Source: an uncultured delta proteobacterium (GTDB lineage Bacteria > Myxococcota_A > Polyangia > Polyangiales > Houyiibacteriaceae). Taken from it: DNA of 64,000 nt. How positions within the stretch are numbered: the stretch's first letter is position 1; each line of letters opens with the position of its first letter. The position numbers and the translations under genes are program-made. Below, piece after piece: positions 39,215-51,854 of this stretch. The stretch covers positions 221,144 through 285,143 of the forward strand of contig CAVQHC010000007.1 of NCBI GenBank assembly GCA_963712235.1, read 5' to 3'. A model generated the notes under the pieces. It worked only from the letters and a program-made list of their open reading frames with translations. It did not search any database and was not told where the DNA came from.

Positions 39215-41623
39215 ATGAACGAAGACATTCCCGAGAAAAACGAGATTCTGCAGGTACTGCAGTCACACGGCCCCCGCGCCATGCACGTGGGCGAGCTCTG
39301 CGGACGGCTCGATGTTCCCCGCAAGGCCAAGGACGAAGTCGTCCGGCGCCTACTCCTGCTTGCTGACGAGAACCTGGTCACCGAGCTTCCAGGCCTGCGT
39401 TTTCGCGCGCTCGCGACCGAGAAGAAGGCGAAGCGTGGGCGCGAAGAGGTCAAGGCCGGCCGCGGCAGGGGCCGCAAGGCTCAAGAGAGGCAAGCGGCTG
39501 TCCCGACGGTCACGCCTCCAATCGAAGGTCGGCTGACGATGACCCGCCAAGGCTACGGCTTCGTCAAGGTCTACGACGGTAGCTCCGACGTGTTCATCCC
39601 ACCCGATGCGGTGGGTCCGGCCCTTCACGGTGACATCGTCCAACTTCGGGCGAAGCCCTCTTCGAAGGGCCGAGACGGACACATCGTGGGGATCGTCACG
39701 CGGCGGCCAAAAGAGATTACCGGGACCTTACATCCGCGAGGCCGAGGGATGAGCTTCGAGCCGGACGACGACCGGCTTCCTTCGCCGATGCGTGTGGTCG
39801 GAACGGTCCCCAAGTCGATCGGACGTAGCGATGTGACGCTCGCCGAGATAGTGACTTTCCCGCAGAAGCGTGAGGATAGACCCGAGGTTCGCGTCCTCGA
39901 AGTGTTAGGCGCGCAAGGCGTCGCACGCATCGAGGTCGAGAAAATCAAAATTCGCGATGGAATCCGGGAAACGTTCCCGGATGACGTCGAACAAGAAGCG
40001 GCTGCCTTGCCAGCGCGCGTGGACAAGGATGTTGCAAAGCGCCGCGAAGATCTACGCGACCTCGACTTGGTCACGATCGATCCGGAAACCGCACGAGACC
40101 ACGACGATGCGATTTGGGTCGAGCGAGAGAAGAACGGGTTTCGTCTCATCGTCACCATTGCAGACGTTTCTCACTACGTCACTGAAGGCACGGCGATGGA
40201 CCGCGAAGCGGTGATCCGGGGGACCAGTATCTATCTGCCCGACCGCGCGATCCCGATGCTGCCGCCCGAGCTCTCGACCAACTTGGCATCGCTGGTACCC
40301 AACCGCGATCGCCTCTGCATGGCCGTCGAGATGCACATCGACGAGAAGGGTCACGTCTCGTCGCATCGTATTTTCGAAGCTGTGATGCGGTCGCAGGGCA
40401 AGCTCTACTACGAAGGCGTGGCGCGCGCGCTGGGCCTCACCCAGCATGGCCCGCAACAGCCGTCTGCCGAAAAGCGTGTGCCGACATTGAAGATCCTGCT
40501 CGACCTTTCGAAGCGGCTCAGGGCACGTCGTTTGAAGCGCGGGTCGCTCGACTTCGACCTTCCCGAGGGAAAAATCGTCCTCGACGAGCACGGGGAGCCC
40601 AAAGAGATCGTGCAGTCCCGAAAAGACCCGGGGATTCGGCAGGCTTACCGCATCGTCGAGGACATGATGCTGGTGACCAACGAAACCGTTGCGGCGCACC
40701 TCAAGCGGCACGCGGCTCCAGGTGTGTTTCGGGTCCACGGCAAGCCGGACCCCGAGCGCATCTCGATGTTCTGCCAGGTGGCGAAATCCTTCGGCTACGA
40801 GCTCGACGAGGAATCGGCCGGGACTCCCAAGCAGCTCAGTCGATTCCTCGCCCGCATCGAAGGGACCGAAGAGGCCCCGCTGCTCCGCTACCTACTCCTG
40901 CGGGCGATGCAGCAGGCCGTTTACGATACAGATCCAACGACCGGTCACTTCGCGCTCGCCGCGAAGGACTACCTGCACTTCACATCTCCGATCCGACGCT
41001 ACCCGGACCTGATGGTCCATCGCGTGCTTCGAAGCCTGATCCGCAATGAGAGTCTCGATGCGGCCGCGCTTCGACCACGGCTACAGCGCTTCGCTGTACA
41101 GGCCAGCGAGTCGGAGCGGCGCGCGATGATCGCTGAACGGGACGTCATGGACGTTTACCGAACGATCTACATGCAGGACCACATCGGGGAAGAGCTCGAT
41201 GGACGCATCTCTGGCTTCGCACCGTTCGGGATCTTCGTTCAGCTCGAAGAACCTTTCGTGAGCGTCCTGCTGCCCTTCGAGCAGCTCGATGACACCTTTG
41301 AACCGGACGAGCTCGGCATTCGTTTACTCGGTGTGCGTACGTCGAAGATCTTCACGATGAACGACCCCGTGACCGTGCGTATTGAAGAGGCCAATGTCCA
41401 ATCACGCAATGTGATCGGCTCTCTGCTTGGGCACGAGCAGGCAGCGGCCCCAACCGAGGCGAGGAGAAGGCAGGGACGCCGCACCGAGAAGCGAGACCAA
41501 ACCGACAAGCAACGGCGCGGAGGGCCCGCGAAGAAACGCGGTGCATCGAAACGGAAGCGCAGCGGTGCCAAAGAAGGGCAACAAGAACCGCGAAAGCGGC
41601 CTCGACGTGCCCGGCGCAAGTGA
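39215..41623 (+). CDS. rnr: ribonuclease R
   Basis: 802 aa with cold-shock-like domains, an RNB catalytic domain (DPETARDHDDAIWV), an S1 domain and a Lys/Arg-rich tail. Confidence 0.9.
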   Translation: MNEDIPEKNEILQVLQSHGPRAMHVGELCGRLDVPRKAKDEVVRRLLLLADENLVTELPGLRFRALATEKKAKRGREEVKAGRGRGRKAQERQAAVPTVTPPIEGRLTMTRQGYGFVKVYDGSSDVFIPPDAVGPALHGDIVQLRAKPSSKGRDGHIVGIVTRRPKEITGTLHPRGRGMSFEPDDDRLPSPMRVVGTVPKSIGRSDVTLAEIVTFPQKREDRPEVRVLEVLGAQGVARIEVEKIKIRDGIRETFPDDVEQEAAALPARVDKDVAKRREDLRDLDLVTIDPETARDHDDAIWVEREKNGFRLIVTIADVSHYVTEGTAMDREAVIRGTSIYLPDRAIPMLPPELSTNLASLVPNRDRLCMAVEMHIDEKGHVSSHRIFEAVMRSQGKLYYEGVARALGLTQHGPQQPSAEKRVPTLKILLDLSKRLRARRLKRGSLDFDLPEGKIVLDEHGEPKEIVQSRKDPGIRQAYRIVEDMMLVTNETVAAHLKRHAAPGVFRVHGKPDPERISMFCQVAKSFGYELDEESAGTPKQLSRFLARIEGTEEAPLLRYLLLRAMQQAVYDTDPTTGHFALAAKDYLHFTSPIRRYPDLMVHRVLRSLIRNESLDAAALRPRLQRFAVQASESERRAMIAERDVMDVYRTIYMQDHIGEELDGRISGFAPFGIFVQLEEPFVSVLLPFEQLDDTFEPDELGIRLLGVRTSKIFTMNDPVTVRIEEANVQSRNVIGSLLGHEQAAAPTEARRRQGRRTEKRDQTDKQRRGGPAKKRGASKRKRSGAKEGQQEPRKRPRRARRK

Positions 41624-42954
41624 TGGTGCGGAGACGACGAGCAGGCCTGGCGGTGCCCGAGCTGATCGTTCGGAAGCGCGACGGAAAGAAGCTCACAGAC
41701 GACGAAATTCGTAGCCTCGTCGGCGGCTTCATGGACGGCTCGGTCACCGACTACCAGATGAGCGCGTTGGCGATGGCGGTTTACTTCCAGGGGATGGACT
41801 TTGGCGAAACCGTGGCGCTGACGCTAGCGATGCGCGACAGCGGCAGGGTTCTCGACCTCGCCGCCATCGACGCAGCGAAGGTGGACAAGCACTCGACCGG
41901 CGGAGTCGGTGACAAGGTCAGCATCTGCCTCGCACCGATCGTCGCGGCCTGTGGTGTGACGGTGCCGATGATGAGCGGCCGAGGCCTTGGGCACACCGGC
42001 GGCACCCTTGACAAGCTCGAAGCGATCCCCGGATTCCGGGTGGATCTCTCGGTGCGGGAATTTCGCGCGCAGCTCCGAAAGATCGGCTGCGCACTGATCG
42101 GACAAACGACTGACCTCGCACCCGCCGACAAACGACTCTACGCGCTGCGGGACGTCACCGGGACCGTCGAGTCGATCCCACTGATCACCTCGAGCATCTT
42201 GTCGAAAAAGCTCGCCGAGGGAATCGATGCGTTGGTACTGGACGTCAAGGTTGGTCGCGGGGCGTTCATGAAGACCGAGGCGGACGCTCGGGCGCTGGCG
42301 CGATCTCTGGTGCGCGTAGGAAGCCTGGCCGGGAAGCGGGTTTCCGCGCTGCTGACCGACATGAACAGCCCGATTGGCTACACGATCGGGAACGCGCTCG
42401 AAACCACAGAGGCGCTCGAGATCCTCCACGGTGAAGGGCCTGACGATCTGCGGCACCTGAGCTACGAGCTGGCCGCGGAGATGCTGCGGGCCGCTGGCGT
42501 CGAGAGAACCAAGGCACAGGCGCGACGACGCGTCGAGAGAGCCGTCAAAGAGGGGAGCGCTCTCGAAAAGATGCGCCAAATCGTCAGCGCGCAAGGCGGA
42601 GATCCGGCCGTGGTGGACGCACCGGATCGACTCGCGCTTGGACGACATCGAACGACCATCTGCGCCGCGAAAAATGGCTACGTCACCAAGCTCGACGCCC
42701 TCGAGCTCGGGTATGCATCGATGGGTCTGGGCGCAGGTCGCAGCCGTTCCGAGGACGCCGTCGATTGGGGAGCTGGGATCCGATTGCACGTTCAGCGCGG
42801 TGACCAGGTCCGACGGGGCGACGCGCTTGCCACCTTGTACGCATCGCGCAGGGCTCTACTAAAGCCGGGCGCAGACCGTACCGAATCCGCAATTCGAATT
42901 GGAACGAGGCGCCCTACCCCGCGCGATCGGATCATTGCGCTGATTCGTCGATGA
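41620..42954 (+). CDS. deoA: thymidine/pyrimidine-nucleoside phosphorylase
   Basis: KRDG..L, DKHSTGGVGDK and SGRGLGHTGGTLDK motifs. The start (GTG 41620 or ATG 41623) overlaps the rnr stop. Confidence 0.9.
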   Translation: MMVRRRRAGLAVPELIVRKRDGKKLTDDEIRSLVGGFMDGSVTDYQMSALAMAVYFQGMDFGETVALTLAMRDSGRVLDLAAIDAAKVDKHSTGGVGDKVSICLAPIVAACGVTVPMMSGRGLGHTGGTLDKLEAIPGFRVDLSVREFRAQLRKIGCALIGQTTDLAPADKRLYALRDVTGTVESIPLITSSILSKKLAEGIDALVLDVKVGRGAFMKTEADARALARSLVRVGSLAGKRVSALLTDMNSPIGYTIGNALETTEALEILHGEGPDDLRHLSYELAAEMLRAAGVERTKAQARRRVERAVKEGSALEKMRQIVSAQGGDPAVVDAPDRLALGRHRTTICAAKNGYVTKLDALELGYASMGLGAGRSRSEDAVDWGAGIRLHVQRGDQVRRGDALATLYASRRALLKPGADRTESAIRIGTRRPTPRDRIIALIRR

Positions 42955-44317
42955 CCGTGCAACCTTGATGGGCAGGCGCGCTGATCTGTGCGCGAAGGTC
43001 GTCGTATTCGGGCGAACCCAGGTAACTCGTGTCAGGGAAGTCGGCGCTCGCTGCATACTGTTCGCCGAGCGCCACGATGAAGTTTGCTCCACTTGCCCGT
43101 TCGAGCGCAGCCAGGACGCGAGACGCGCTAACGAGACGGGTCTCCTGTTGCCAATCGCGCTGCGCGTCGCTCAGGACCGTGAGCAGTGTGCTTTCTCCGT
43201 TGCTGTGGCGGCGAAGCCGGAGGTCGATTTCCAACGCAAACGCGGTGCCGGCCCAGTACACACGTTGATATTCCCCAGTCCGGTTCATGGTCCGGCTCTC
43301 GTCGCTGAGTGGTTGACCGGAGCCGGAACGTCGGCCACGCGCGAAGCCTTCGCGGATGCGGGTCCAGGCGCGTTCGCTGCTCTGCAGGCCGCAGCGCGCG
43401 CGGAGCACCTCCTGCAGGTACGTCGCGACGCCTTCGGACAGCCAGCGATCCTTGGCGTGCAGGCGCGGCAACCACAGGTGCGAGAGCTCGTGAATCGCCA
43501 CCCAATCGGCCTCGAGGTCAGCCACGCGAGCGGCGACGGACGGTAGGAGCAGGATCGACGAGCCGCCGCCCCTTCGGACCATCCCGAAAGCAACGTCGGC
43601 GCCTCTACCATCGACGGGGATGATGACGAACTGAAGGCGATCGCGGGGAAATCGACCACCGACCGATGCGGTGGTTTGTACGGCCCGACTCAGCCAGCGG
43701 CGAATGTCCCCGTCGACTGGAGTACCTCCCAGCCGTGCGATTTCGAGACGAGTTCCGGCAACCGAGAACGCTTGTCGGTCAAAGGCGCCAAATACACCGA
43801 AGGTCTCGACGAAGAAGGCGTCGCGGCTCGGCCTATATGCGCCATTGGAATGCGGCCATGACAAGGAGACCTGTCCGGCGCTCGGGACGGTGAAACGAAC
43901 CGAGGTGCTCAGCTGCCCGGGAAACGGTTCGGGCCGCCAGAGCCACTGGCTCTGAGAAAGGACGACGGCGGAAGAATCCTCCGGTCCAAACGGGCTTCGT
44001 TCAAACCGGGTTTCATACTCTACGCAAACAGGCGGAGGTTGCTGACCCAGCAGGATTCTACCGTCACTGGTCTGCTGCGGGATGCTATCGACCCAAGCAC
44101 CCCGCAGTTGCTCCACAGCGCTCCTATCGATCGGAACCAACGCCGACAAGGCCAGGCCCTGGAAGCATGCACGAACGCGAGCACCCACGAAGTTGTCAAA
44201 GATCGTAACGCTGTAGTGCGCGATGCCCCCCTGATGCGGCTCGCCCGGAGCGGAACCCGCACCGTGGGCGCAGGAAACAAGGCAAAGCAGCCCTGCGATT
44301 TTTCCTATGGTTTGCAC
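42932..44317 (-). CDS. gluzincin-type (M1/M61-like) zinc metallopeptidase lipoprotein
   Basis: Signal LLCLVSC. HELSH followed by WLSEG (HExxH...E). Confidence 0.6.
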   Translation of the reverse strand: MQTIGKIAGLLCLVSCAHGAGSAPGEPHQGGIAHYSVTIFDNFVGARVRACFQGLALSALVPIDRSAVEQLRGAWVDSIPQQTSDGRILLGQQPPPVCVEYETRFERSPFGPEDSSAVVLSQSQWLWRPEPFPGQLSTSVRFTVPSAGQVSLSWPHSNGAYRPSRDAFFVETFGVFGAFDRQAFSVAGTRLEIARLGGTPVDGDIRRWLSRAVQTTASVGGRFPRDRLQFVIIPVDGRGADVAFGMVRRGGGSSILLLPSVAARVADLEADWVAIHELSHLWLPRLHAKDRWLSEGVATYLQEVLRARCGLQSSERAWTRIREGFARGRRSGSGQPLSDESRTMNRTGEYQRVYWAGTAFALEIDLRLRRHSNGESTLLTVLSDAQRDWQQETRLVSASRVLAALERASGANFIVALGEQYAASADFPDTSYLGSPEYDDLRAQISAPAHQGCTVIDESAQ

Positions 44318-44432
44318 GATCTAAGTCCTCAGAATCTATGGAGTATTCGACTCAGATTGCCAGTAGCCCCGCAGAACAATTCCGATGAAACATCTAGGCC
44401 TGACGAACGTAGAGCATGGCATGACGCACGCT

Positions 44433-44447
44433 TGGCTTTTGGATTGC
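44433..44447 (+). promoter_or_regulatory. candidate sigma-54 -24/-12 element TGGCttttggaTTGC
   Basis: GG and GC dinucleotides at canonical spacing (TGGC-N7-TTGC). About 135 nt upstream of the precursor ORF, in a spacer of lower GC. Confidence 0.25.
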
Positions 44448-44582
44448 GATGCAACACCGCCTTGGCTAGCGTGCCTTCGTGGGAAGCGGGGTATGGGATT
44501 GGTCCTTGTCGCCGCGTTACATCACCGGGGAGCGGTTTGAATGCTCCGGATGCGAATACGAACAACTAGAGGGTACTCAAAC

Positions 44583-44825
44583 ATGAACACAGCACTCAAG
44601 CACACAATCATCGCAATGGCGACTGCGGCACTCGGTGTGACCGCCGGATGTAAGTCGGACGCTGGTCCGGAAGCCTCCGAGGCGACGACAGGCGCCGAGA
44701 CGGCAGCCGCGGCCGAGGCCTCGTGCGGCGAAGGCAGCTGCGGCGGAGCAAAGGATGCGGCTGAAAAGGCCGGCGATGCAGCGGAAGCTTCCTGCGGCGA
44801 AGGCAGCTGCGGCGGGGCGAAGTAA
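44583..44825 (+). CDS. small lipoprotein with two EASCGEGSCGGAK repeats: candidate MNIO-modified RiPP precursor (HvfA-like)
   Basis: 80-aa ORF. MNTALKHTIIAMATAALGVTAGC signal with lipobox. Two Cys-Gly-rich repeats. Immediately upstream of the DUF692 and DUF2063 genes. Confidence 0.65.
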   Translation: MNTALKHTIIAMATAALGVTAGCKSDAGPEASEATTGAETAAAAEASCGEGSCGGAKDAAEKAGDAAEASCGEGSCGGAK

Positions 44826-44921
44826 CCGTCCGAGCGCGTCGCGCGACCTCGACTGGGGCAGCACGATATTTCGAGCCGCGGCGGCAGCTGTCGCCGCGGC
44901 TCGTCTCTTTTCGGGACCCGC

Positions 44922-45788
44922 ATGAGTAGCACCAGCACTGCCGAGGTTAACCGCAGCGTCCATGGGATCGGCCTTGGCTTGCGCTACGACCTCGCATCCG
45001 AGCTGCTCGAACGTCGTCCGGAAACGGTCGCGTGGCTCGAAATTCATCCTGAAAACTACGTCAATCGAGGGGGCCGCTACCAGGAGATGCTCGACCTGGC
45101 GCGACGAGACTGGCCCATCGTCACCCACGGGCTCAGCACTTGCCTCGGCGCGCTCGAGCCCTTCGACGCCCGCTACCTCAAGGAGCTGCGGGCGTTCTTG
45201 TCCGACGTCGAGATCCCCTGGCACAGCGAGCACCTCTGCCTCGGAGGCGTCGACGATCGCTTCTTTCACGACTTGCTCCCGCTTCCATTCACGGAGGAGG
45301 CCGCGCAGATCGCATCTCAGCGATTGATCGAAGTGAGAGACGCACTCGACGTTCCCCTCGCCTTGGAGAACGCGAGCTATTACGCGCCGCAGTGCGAAGA
45401 CGGATTGGCGGAAGCCGATTTCGTGGTCGAGGTCCTGGAACGCGCGGACGCAAAGCTCCTTTTGGACGTGAACAACATCTACGTAAACAGTTGCAACTTC
45501 GACTTCGATCCCAAAGCCTATATCGACAAGATTCCCGCCGACCGCGTGGTGCAGCTCCACGTTGCTGGTCACTTCGTTCGCGACGACGGACTGCGCATCG
45601 ACACGCACGGCGAGGCCGTGCCGAATGAGGTCTATCAACTCCTCGACTATGCGCTGCGGAAGATCGGCCCGGTGCCGGTCTTGCTCGAGCGGGACAACAA
45701 CGTCCCGCCACTGGACGAGCTTCTCGCAGAGGTCGATGAGCTCTGGAAGATCTACCGCAGCGCGACACAGGACGAGCATGCTGGCTAA
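44922..45788 (+). CDS. DUF692 family multinuclear non-heme iron oxidase (MNIO; MbnB/HvfB/BufB-like)
   Basis: 288 aa with GIGLGLR, WLEIHPENY, PWHSEHLC, LALENASYY, LLLDVNNIYVN, QLHVAGH and LLERDNN motifs characteristic of DUF692. Confidence 0.85.
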   Translation: MSSTSTAEVNRSVHGIGLGLRYDLASELLERRPETVAWLEIHPENYVNRGGRYQEMLDLARRDWPIVTHGLSTCLGALEPFDARYLKELRAFLSDVEIPWHSEHLCLGGVDDRFFHDLLPLPFTEEAAQIASQRLIEVRDALDVPLALENASYYAPQCEDGLAEADFVVEVLERADAKLLLDVNNIYVNSCNFDFDPKAYIDKIPADRVVQLHVAGHFVRDDGLRIDTHGEAVPNEVYQLLDYALRKIGPVPVLLERDNNVPPLDELLAEVDELWKIYRSATQDEHAG

Positions 45789-46521
45789 TCGCGCGAAAGC
45801 GATGCAGCGTGTTTGCTTCGACGTCGAACCAAGTGAAGCGGACCTCGAGCTTCTGGGGTCGCGCGAGCGCTGGCTGGTGTATCGCGAGCTCGTCCAGAAC
45901 CGGCTCCTGCAGGTGATCAGCGTCGCCCTGGCTCGCACCAAAGCGGCGATCGGAGAGGCGGCGTTCGGGCGTGCCGTCGCTGAGTGGCTGAGCCGTGGGG
46001 GGCCCAAGGCTCGGTACCTGCGCTACGTGCCCACCGAGTTGGCAGAGTTCGCGATTCCCATCTGGCAAGACAACGAAGCACCTTGGGTGGCCGAGCTGGC
46101 GCGCTTCGAAATCGCGAGCTGGAGCGTGCGGCACGCAGCAAGGGACCCAGAACCCGAAACCGAGTTCGCATTCGACCGAAGGCCGGTGCTGGGCGCTGCG
46201 ATCGAGGTCTTGCGCCTCAAGTACCCCGTCCACGAGAAGCCCACCCCGGCAGCGGGCTACAGACCCGATCCGACCTTCCTTTGTGTCTACCGCGACGTCG
46301 ATCACCGAGCGTCGACGAGAACACTAAACGCCTTGGCGGCCGACCTCCTCGATGCCTGGAAACGCGCCGACGAAACGGTCGCCGAATCGGTCCAACGCAT
46401 CGCGGCCCAGCACCAGACCGAAATCGGCCCCGCCTTCATCGAGAAGCTCTCGGCCATCATCGCCGATTTCATCATCGGGGGACACGCCGCCCCCCCTTCT
46501 AATAGCCTTCCACCTTGCTGA
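45778..46521 (+). CDS. DUF2063-like MNIO partner protein (HvfC/BufC-like)
   Basis: About 247 aa, overlapping the DUF692 gene by 11 nt. LVYRELVQNRL near the N-terminus resembles the DUF2063 N-domain. The assignment rests partly on the conserved gene pairing. Confidence 0.65.
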   Translation: MLANRAKAMQRVCFDVEPSEADLELLGSRERWLVYRELVQNRLLQVISVALARTKAAIGEAAFGRAVAEWLSRGGPKARYLRYVPTELAEFAIPIWQDNEAPWVAELARFEIASWSVRHAARDPEPETEFAFDRRPVLGAAIEVLRLKYPVHEKPTPAAGYRPDPTFLCVYRDVDHRASTRTLNALAADLLDAWKRADETVAESVQRIAAQHQTEIGPAFIEKLSAIIADFIIGGHAAPPSNSLPPC

Positions 46522-47647
46522 TGATTTCATTCATGATTTCGCGGGTGCCACCGCCGATGGGGTAGAGGCGGGCATCGCGATACAGGCGCTCTACGACATA
46601 CTCGCGCATGTAGCCGTAACCGCCGTGGATTTGGACAGCTTGGTCGCAGACGCGCGAGCACATGTCGGTGGCCGCGTTCTTGGCCATCGCCGCCAAGGAC
46701 GGCGTCTGCTCTCCATTGAGGAAGCGCGTGACGCATTCTCCCGTGAGCGCGCGCGCGGCGGCAATGTCGGTCGCCATATCCGCGAGCTTGTGCCGCACCA
46801 CCTGGAAGCCCGATAGCGACTTGCCGAACGCGTGTCGCTGCTTGGCGTACGCGACCGACTCCCGGTAGGCGAGCTCTGCGATTGCAACGCACTGGCCGGC
46901 GAGCATGAGTCGCTCTGTGACGAAGTTGGTCATGATCATCAGAAAGCCGGCGCCCTCTTGGCCGATGAGGTTCTCTGCCGGCACGCGGCAGTCTTCGAAC
47001 GCGAGCTCGGCCGTGTCGCTGGCCCACCAGCCGGTCTTCTTGAGCTTGCTCGCAACGATGAAGCCCGGTGTGTCCTTCTCGATGATCAGCATCGAAATCC
47101 CGCCGTGACCCTCGCCTCCCGTCCGCACCGCGGTCGTCACGAAGTCGGCGCGCGTGCCGGAGGTGATGAAGGTCTTCGCACCGTTTACCAGATAGTGGTC
47201 ACCGTCGCGGACCGCCTTCGTCTTCACGGCCGCAACGTCGCTTCCTCCGCCCGGCTCTGTGATGCCCAGTGCGGAAACCTTGTCGCCCCGAAGTGTGGGT
47301 CGCACGTAGCGTTCTTTTTGGGCGTCGGTCCCGAAGTTCACGATTGGCGGCAGCGCAATGCCGTGGCTGCCGAGCCCCACGCAGGTCCCCACCGACTTCC
47401 CAGCAATGACCATTTCTTCAGCGGCCACCAGGACGTGGCTCAAGTCCCCTCCGTCGCCGCCCAGCTCCTCTGGATACCCCGTCCCCAAGAAGCCCGCGGC
47501 CGCAGACCGCTGATAAAGATCGCGGGGAAACTCGTTGGCCTCTTCCCAAGCATGCGCGTTCGGCGCAATCGCAGAGGCAGCAAACCGCCGAACCTGCTCA
47601 CGCAGCGCTCGATGTTCGTCTGTTTCGAATAGATAGCTCTTCACCAA
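46499..47647 (-). CDS. acyl-CoA dehydrogenase
   Basis: 382 aa, full-length ACAD match ([11 protein letters not shown]-terminal [11 protein letters not shown]). Confidence 0.9.
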   Translation of the reverse strand: MVKSYLFETDEHRALREQVRRFAASAIAPNAHAWEEANEFPRDLYQRSAAAGFLGTGYPEELGGDGGDLSHVLVAAEEMVIAGKSVGTCVGLGSHGIALPPIVNFGTDAQKERYVRPTLRGDKVSALGITEPGGGSDVAAVKTKAVRDGDHYLVNGAKTFITSGTRADFVTTAVRTGGEGHGGISMLIIEKDTPGFIVASKLKKTGWWASDTAELAFEDCRVPAENLIGQEGAGFLMIMTNFVTERLMLAGQCVAIAELAYRESVAYAKQRHAFGKSLSGFQVVRHKLADMATDIAAARALTGECVTRFLNGEQTPSLAAMAKNAATDMCSRVCDQAVQIHGGYGYMREYVVERLYRDARLYPIGGGTREIMNEIISKVEGY

Positions 47648-47659
47648 ACTGGTGAGAGC

Positions 47660-51851
<4,192 letters not shown>

Positions 51852-51854
51852 GAC

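Noticed and set aside
44577-46007. A 476-aa ORF on the minus strand, antisense to the precursor, DUF692 and DUF2063 genes.
   Set aside because: It is a shadow ORF of the kind typical in high-GC DNA, with an Arg/Ala/Gly-rich product and no recognisable family. The plus-strand genes carry clear family motifs.
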